From a bacterium (lineage in GTDB: Bacteria; Patescibacteriota; Doudnabacteria; UBA920), in assembly GCA_021825655.1 (NCBI GenBank), contig JAKAGU010000003.1, forward strand, positions 12,014-76,013: 64,000 nucleotides of DNA. The letters are read 5' to 3'. This document shows, piece by piece, positions 59,930 to 64,000 of the stretch (positions are counted from its first letter, which is position 1; each line of letters begins with the position of its first letter). The notes beneath the pieces were generated by a model. The model saw only the letters and a program-made list of their open reading frames with translations. It was not told where the DNA came from and searched no databases. The translations under genes and the position numbers were made by a program.

Positions 59930-60370
59930 ATGAAATACGTTTTTAAAACGCTGGAACTGACCAGCAAACGCCAATTTGAACTGATAGATATCACGCAAGC
60001 GGTAAAAGACGCTGTAAAAGAAAGTGCTGTTAAAAATGGCACCGTCACCGTGTTTTGCCCCCACACAACCGCCGCCATCCGCCTGAACCACAATGAGCCG
60101 CTACTGATCCAGGACATAATGAAAACGCTTTACCACCTGGTTCCTCTGGATGTCAGCTACAGCCATGATTTGTTTGAAATGCGGCAGAATATTGCCCCTA
60201 ACGAGCGGTCCAACGGACATGCGCATGTAAAAGCTTTTCTCTTGGGCAGCTCCGAAAGCCTGATCGTAAAAGAGCAGGGCTTGGTACTGGGCAAGATGCA
60301 GAGCATTTTATTTATTGAACTCGACGGGGGCAGGGCCCGCCAGGTGCATGTTCAAATTCAGGGAGAGTAA
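59930..60370 (+). CDS. YjbQ/UPF0047 family protein
   Basis: DIT, PHTTAA, Y.HD, NGHAH.K, Q.I.F.ELDG.R. Confidence 0.9.
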   Translation: MKYVFKTLELTSKRQFELIDITQAVKDAVKESAVKNGTVTVFCPHTTAAIRLNHNEPLLIQDIMKTLYHLVPLDVSYSHDLFEMRQNIAPNERSNGHAHVKAFLLGSSESLIVKEQGLVLGKMQSILFIELDGGRARQVHVQIQGE

Positions 60371-60378
60371 CTTTCCAG

Positions 60379-61239
60379 ATGGCAAAAAAAACTCTTTTAC
60401 TCAGTATTTTATTCGTCTTTGCCTTGAGCCTTTTTGGGGCCAAGGCATTTTTATCCAGCCTGAACAGGCAACCCCGGTCCGCGACGCAAGCCAAGGCCGA
60501 GGAAGTCAGCGTCACTATAATTGAAGGCTGGAGTCTTAATGACCTGGGCAATTATCTTGAAAATAAAGGCCTGCTTCAAGCGGAAACTTTCCGCCAAGTG
60601 GCAACAAGTTTTAACGCGAGCGGTTATAGCCTGCTGGCGGACAAACCCGCAAAAGCTTCCCTGGAGGGCTATGTTTTCCCCGATACTTACCGGCTATTTA
60701 AACCAAAAAACAGTTCCGACGAAGCTTTCGCCGCGGAGCTTATTAAAAAAGCCCTAAACAACTTTACGGAAAAATTCACGCCGGATATGCAAGCCCAGGC
60801 CAAAAAGGACAATATGTCCGTGTTCCAAATCCTCACCCTGGCCTCGATAATTGAAAAAGAAACCGGCAGGAACGCTATTACTCCGCAGCAAAAACAAGCC
60901 TTGGACACGGAGCGTAAAAACGTGGCCAGCGTGTTTTACAACCGCCTGCAGGCCGGCATGCCTTTGGAGAGTGATGCCACTATCAACTATATCACCAAAA
61001 AAAATAACCCAACGCCTACCGACGCCGATTTGGCCGCGCTCTCGCCGTATAACACTTACCTCAACAAGGGCCTGCCTCCGGGCCCCATCTGCAACCCTTC
61101 GCTGTCTTCCATTTTGGCTGCCCTTTACCCCGCCCAGACCGACTTTTTCTTCTTTCTGCACAAGCAGCCTTCCGGAGAACCGGTTTTTTCGAAAACCTTC
61201 CAGGAACACATTGACAATAAAAACAAATACCTCAAATAG
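60379..61239 (+). CDS. mltG: endolytic transglycosylase MltG
   Basis: LEGY.FPDTY, LASIIEKE, VASVFYNRL, SPYNTY...GLPPGPICNP. Confidence 0.93.
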   Translation: MAKKTLLLSILFVFALSLFGAKAFLSSLNRQPRSATQAKAEEVSVTIIEGWSLNDLGNYLENKGLLQAETFRQVATSFNASGYSLLADKPAKASLEGYVFPDTYRLFKPKNSSDEAFAAELIKKALNNFTEKFTPDMQAQAKKDNMSVFQILTLASIIEKETGRNAITPQQKQALDTERKNVASVFYNRLQAGMPLESDATINYITKKNNPTPTDADLAALSPYNTYLNKGLPPGPICNPSLSSILAALYPAQTDFFFFLHKQPSGEPVFSKTFQEHIDNKNKYLK

Positions 61240-61244
61240 TCCTT

Positions 61245-61826
61245 ATGCCGACTTTGGAAAGAAAACGCCGTATAGCAGAAGTGGCCAGCCAAAGGCAAAC
61301 GGGGATAGTGGTGCTGGAAGACGTTTATGACCCGCATAATGCGGCCGCGGTCTTAAGGAGTTGCGAGGCTTTCGGCTTTCAAAAAATATTTTTTGTTTTC
61401 GACAAGCAAAAAAAATTTAATCCCAAAAAAATCGGCACCACCACATCTTCTTCCGCCAATAAATGGCTGGACTTCGAAGTCTTTACCTCCATTCAGGCCT
61501 GCTTAAAACGTTTAAAGCACGGCGGCTACACCACTTACGCCACAGTGCTCGACAACCAGTCAACCGCCCTGTTTAAAACCAAATTTACGCAAAAAAAGGT
61601 TGCCCTGCTGTTCGGCAACGAACATTCCGGACTATCGGTCAGCGCCATTAAGCTGGCTGACTACAGGCTTTACATACCCATGCGCGGCTTTGTCCAAAGC
61701 CTAAACCTATCGGTTACAGCGGCTATCTGCCTGTTTGAACTGACGCGCCAGAGGCAAAACCGCGCCAAAAGTTTCTTGCTGCCCGCGGCTGCAAAAAACA
61801 GCCTGCAAAAAAAATGGTTGAAATAA
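61245..61826 (+). CDS. trmH: SPOUT RNA 2'-O-methyltransferase (TrmH-like)
   Basis: DPHN.AAVLRSCEAFG, GNEHSG, IPMRGFVQSLNLSV. Confidence 0.85.
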   Translation: MPTLERKRRIAEVASQRQTGIVVLEDVYDPHNAAAVLRSCEAFGFQKIFFVFDKQKKFNPKKIGTTTSSSANKWLDFEVFTSIQACLKRLKHGGYTTYATVLDNQSTALFKTKFTQKKVALLFGNEHSGLSVSAIKLADYRLYIPMRGFVQSLNLSVTAAICLFELTRQRQNRAKSFLLPAAAKNSLQKKWLK

Positions 61827-61850
61827 AACCCCGTGCTCCCACGGGGTTTT
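61825..61850. terminator. bidirectional terminator
   Basis: AAAACCCCGTG / CACGGGGTTTT hairpin. Confidence 0.8.
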
Positions 61851-61875
61851 AAAATTGTAAAACAATGGGGCAAGC

Positions 61876-62796
61876 TCAGCCCAGCGTGCTGCCGATAAAC
61901 TTTGGGTAGCCGTTCAAAAAAGCCGCCATTCCCACCTGGGATTTGCCTTCCAATTGGACAAGCTTCAGCCTTAAAACTGAATTCCCTCCGCAGCCTACCC
62001 AGCCATCCGTCCCCGCCACTCCCAAAGGCAGCCCCGGCTCGGCTTTCTTTGCTTCGCAATCAAGAATTTTCATTTTCTTGCCGTTCCATAACGTCCAAAC
62101 CCCGGGCCAGGGGTAAAAAGCCCGGAACTGGTTATAAATTTCAAAGGCGGACTTTTGCCAGTCCACCTGGCCATCGGCTTTGTTGATTATTTTAGTGTAT
62201 GAAGACAAAGCTTCGTCCTGCGGCACAGGAACAGCTTCCCCGGACACATATTTTGGCAGAATATCCAAAAGCAGCTGCGCCGAAAGGTAGGCTAGGCGCT
62301 GTGAGAGGGTAACAAAATTATCATCGGCTTCCACCGCTACGGCCTTTTGTGCCACAATCGGGCCGGTGTCCATTTTTTCATCCAGCACAAAAATACTGGT
62401 GCCGGTTTGGCTCTCTCCATTAAGCAGCGCGTACTGGATAGGGGACGCGCCGCGATATTTGGGCAAAAGCGAAAAATGCACGTTTAGGGTTTTATGCGGC
62501 GGCAAATTTATGACTTCCAAAGGCAAGATTTTGCCGTAAGACACTACCACAAAAATATCGGCCCGAAGCCGCTGCAGCTGAGCCAAAAAATCCGCATTAC
62601 CCTTTACCTTTTCCGGTTTTAAAAGCTCAATATCCATTTCCTTGGCCAAAACCGAAACAGGCGACTCCACCAAAGTCTGTTTTCTGCCCGAGGCGGCATC
62701 CGGGGAAGTTATTACAGCGGCCACATCATGGTGGCGATAAAGGGTTTCCAAGACCGGCAAAGCCACATTGGACGTGCCAAAAAAAACAATTTTCAT
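61876..62796 (-). CDS. fmt: methionyl-tRNA formyltransferase
   Basis: MKIVFFGT, VVSYGKIL, NVHFSLLPKYRGASPI, MDTG, RAF.PWP. Confidence 0.96.
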   Translation of the reverse strand: MKIVFFGTSNVALPVLETLYRHHDVAAVITSPDAASGRKQTLVESPVSVLAKEMDIELLKPEKVKGNADFLAQLQRLRADIFVVVSYGKILPLEVINLPPHKTLNVHFSLLPKYRGASPIQYALLNGESQTGTSIFVLDEKMDTGPIVAQKAVAVEADDNFVTLSQRLAYLSAQLLLDILPKYVSGEAVPVPQDEALSSYTKIINKADGQVDWQKSAFEIYNQFRAFYPWPGVWTLWNGKKMKILDCEAKKAEPGLPLGVAGTDGWVGCGGNSVLRLKLVQLEGKSQVGMAAFLNGYPKFIGSTLG

Positions 62797-62798
62797 AG

Positions 62799-63362
62799 CT
62801 AACCCCGCTTAATTACCTGCCTTAACACCTCAGCCTCGGCCCGGCAGTCAAAGAGCGCGTCATGGTGGCTGCCGGGCAGCTTAATACCATACCGCTTTAT
62901 CAGGTCCTCAAGGCAGAACCCCGCGAATTCCTTACGGTTTCTCAACTGGCCGCGACGGGCCAGCGCCCCGTAAGCCAGAGACCACACATCCAAGTAATGG
63001 TAATCGAACCGCCAAGAAATTTTTGCCTTTTCAAAAGCCTTGAGCAAAAACCGCTTGTCCACCCAGCCCACATAGGCAGCCAGCAAAACTTTCCGGCCGT
63101 CGAATTTTTTTGCAAAAGCCCGGATAACGGAAGTCAAAGCGGGCGCATTCTTCAGGCTCTCCAGTTTCAGACCATTCACCTTCATGGCTTCGGGGTCGCG
63201 CGATTGCCATTTTTGCGGACGAACGTAGCTGTTAAAAAACGCTTTCTCTTTCAGGCTTTTCCTGTCCAGCAAAACCGCAGCCAACTGGATTATTTCGTGC
63301 CTGTCCGCGTCCAGGCCCGTCAGTTCGGTATCAACGAGCAAAATATCTTTTTTGAAATCCAT
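62799..63362 (-). CDS. DEDDh 3'-5' exonuclease (DnaQ-like), intact motifs
   Basis: ExoI VDTELTG, ExoII D (GWVD), ExoIII HHDALFD; ATG at 63362. Confidence 0.88.
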   Translation of the reverse strand: MDFKKDILLVDTELTGLDADRHEIIQLAAVLLDRKSLKEKAFFNSYVRPQKWQSRDPEAMKVNGLKLESLKNAPALTSVIRAFAKKFDGRKVLLAAYVGWVDKRFLLKAFEKAKISWRFDYHYLDVWSLAYGALARRGQLRNRKEFAGFCLEDLIKRYGIKLPGSHHDALFDCRAEAEVLRQVIKRG

Positions 63363-63369
63363 AAGAACC

Positions 63370-63906
63370 TCAAGCCTCGATAACAATTTTTTTAAATACT
63401 TCCATCTCCAACCTGGCCCGTTCCAGCGCATCGCCGGGATTCTTCAGGCGCAGCTTAAAATACTCCAAGAAGGTGTTCAGGGTCGGCATTTTTTTAAGCC
63501 CGTAATTCAAAGAGTAAATATAACCTAAAGTCCAGAGCTCAACCACATGCGGATCGTAATCAAAAGAGAGGCTGGCTTTTTTGAAAGCCGACTTCAAAAA
63601 CATAACGTTGCTCAAATTGTGGGTGGCCAGCAGCGCGCCATTGCCGAAACGCGCACGAAACTGTTTGACCGCGTCATAAATTTTGGGGCTTTTACGCAGG
63701 TCTTCGGGGCCGATGCCCAACAGCTTAGCGTGCTCAAAAATTACGCTGTCGAGATAACTTACCCTGACATAAACGTTAAAATAATCTTTTTCCAAAAGAT
63801 TATGCTTATCAATCAGAATCGCCGACAGCTGAACAATATTGTCTTTGTCTGTGTCCGGCCCAGTTGTGTTGATGTCAAAAAAAAGCAGGTCTTTAATAAA
63901 TTTCAT
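63370..63906 (-). CDS. DEDDh exonuclease paralog with degenerate active site
   Basis: FDINTTG, HNLSN and PGDALER align with the neighbouring gene, but E, D, H and D are lost. Confidence 0.82.
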   Translation of the reverse strand: MKFIKDLLFFDINTTGPDTDKDNIVQLSAILIDKHNLLEKDYFNVYVRVSYLDSVIFEHAKLLGIGPEDLRKSPKIYDAVKQFRARFGNGALLATHNLSNVMFLKSAFKKASLSFDYDPHVVELWTLGYIYSLNYGLKKMPTLNTFLEYFKLRLKNPGDALERARLEMEVFKKIVIEA

Positions 63907-63912
63907 CCGACT

Positions 63913-64000
63913 TTACAATAATTTCTGTTTTTTCCAAGCCTTTACCACATCTCCGCCCTGGGTATATTTACGGACCAGGTCGATAATCAAAGTGCCGTTA
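63913..64000 (-). CDS. def: C-terminal end of probable peptide deformylase (partial, runs off window)
   Basis: Manual translation NGTLIIDLVRKYTQGGDVVKAWKKQKLL* matches the 'HLNG.L.ID' segment after the HExxH motif; fmt lies downstream. Confidence 0.65.
   Translation of the reverse strand, partial: NGTLIIDLVRKYTQGGDVVKAWKKQKLL

Overview
A gene-dense bacterial chromosome segment in the standard genetic code. Reduced housekeeping content, pilin-like and GT-C membrane proteins, leaderless-type promoters and an archaeal-type pyrH suggest a Patescibacteria/CPR genome (inference). It holds about 68 CDS. Replication and repair genes include a UvrD-nuclease fusion, gyrB, dnaB, dnaE, recR, rarA and alkD. 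Translation genes include lysS, serS, cysS, thrS, a single-chain mitochondrial-type PheRS, prfA/prmC, rpsB/tsf, r-proteins and fmt. There are also envelope and glycosylation genes and four tRNAs (Thr-GGT, Tyr, Thr-TGT, Trp). No CRISPR array or intact mobile element was seen. The most striking signal is the ~470-bp gap between dnaE and the operon ending in thrS. It appears to encode an atypical T-box riboswitch: an Actinobacteria-like ultra-short Stem I with a Thr (ACC) specifier, joined to a transcriptional terminator/antiterminator. Facing it is a convergent ~125-140 nt rod-shaped ncRNA, possibly a minimal 6S. The matching tRNA-Thr(GGT) gene is clamped inside a perfect 21-bp inverted repeat. 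Other notable items are tandem enzyme plus catalytically dead paralog pairs, two GC-rich strong-SD stand-alone cassettes (one PEP-CTERM), a double-pilin-head surface protein and a frameshifted K+/H+ antiporter. All calls come from reading the sequence by eye; no searches were run.
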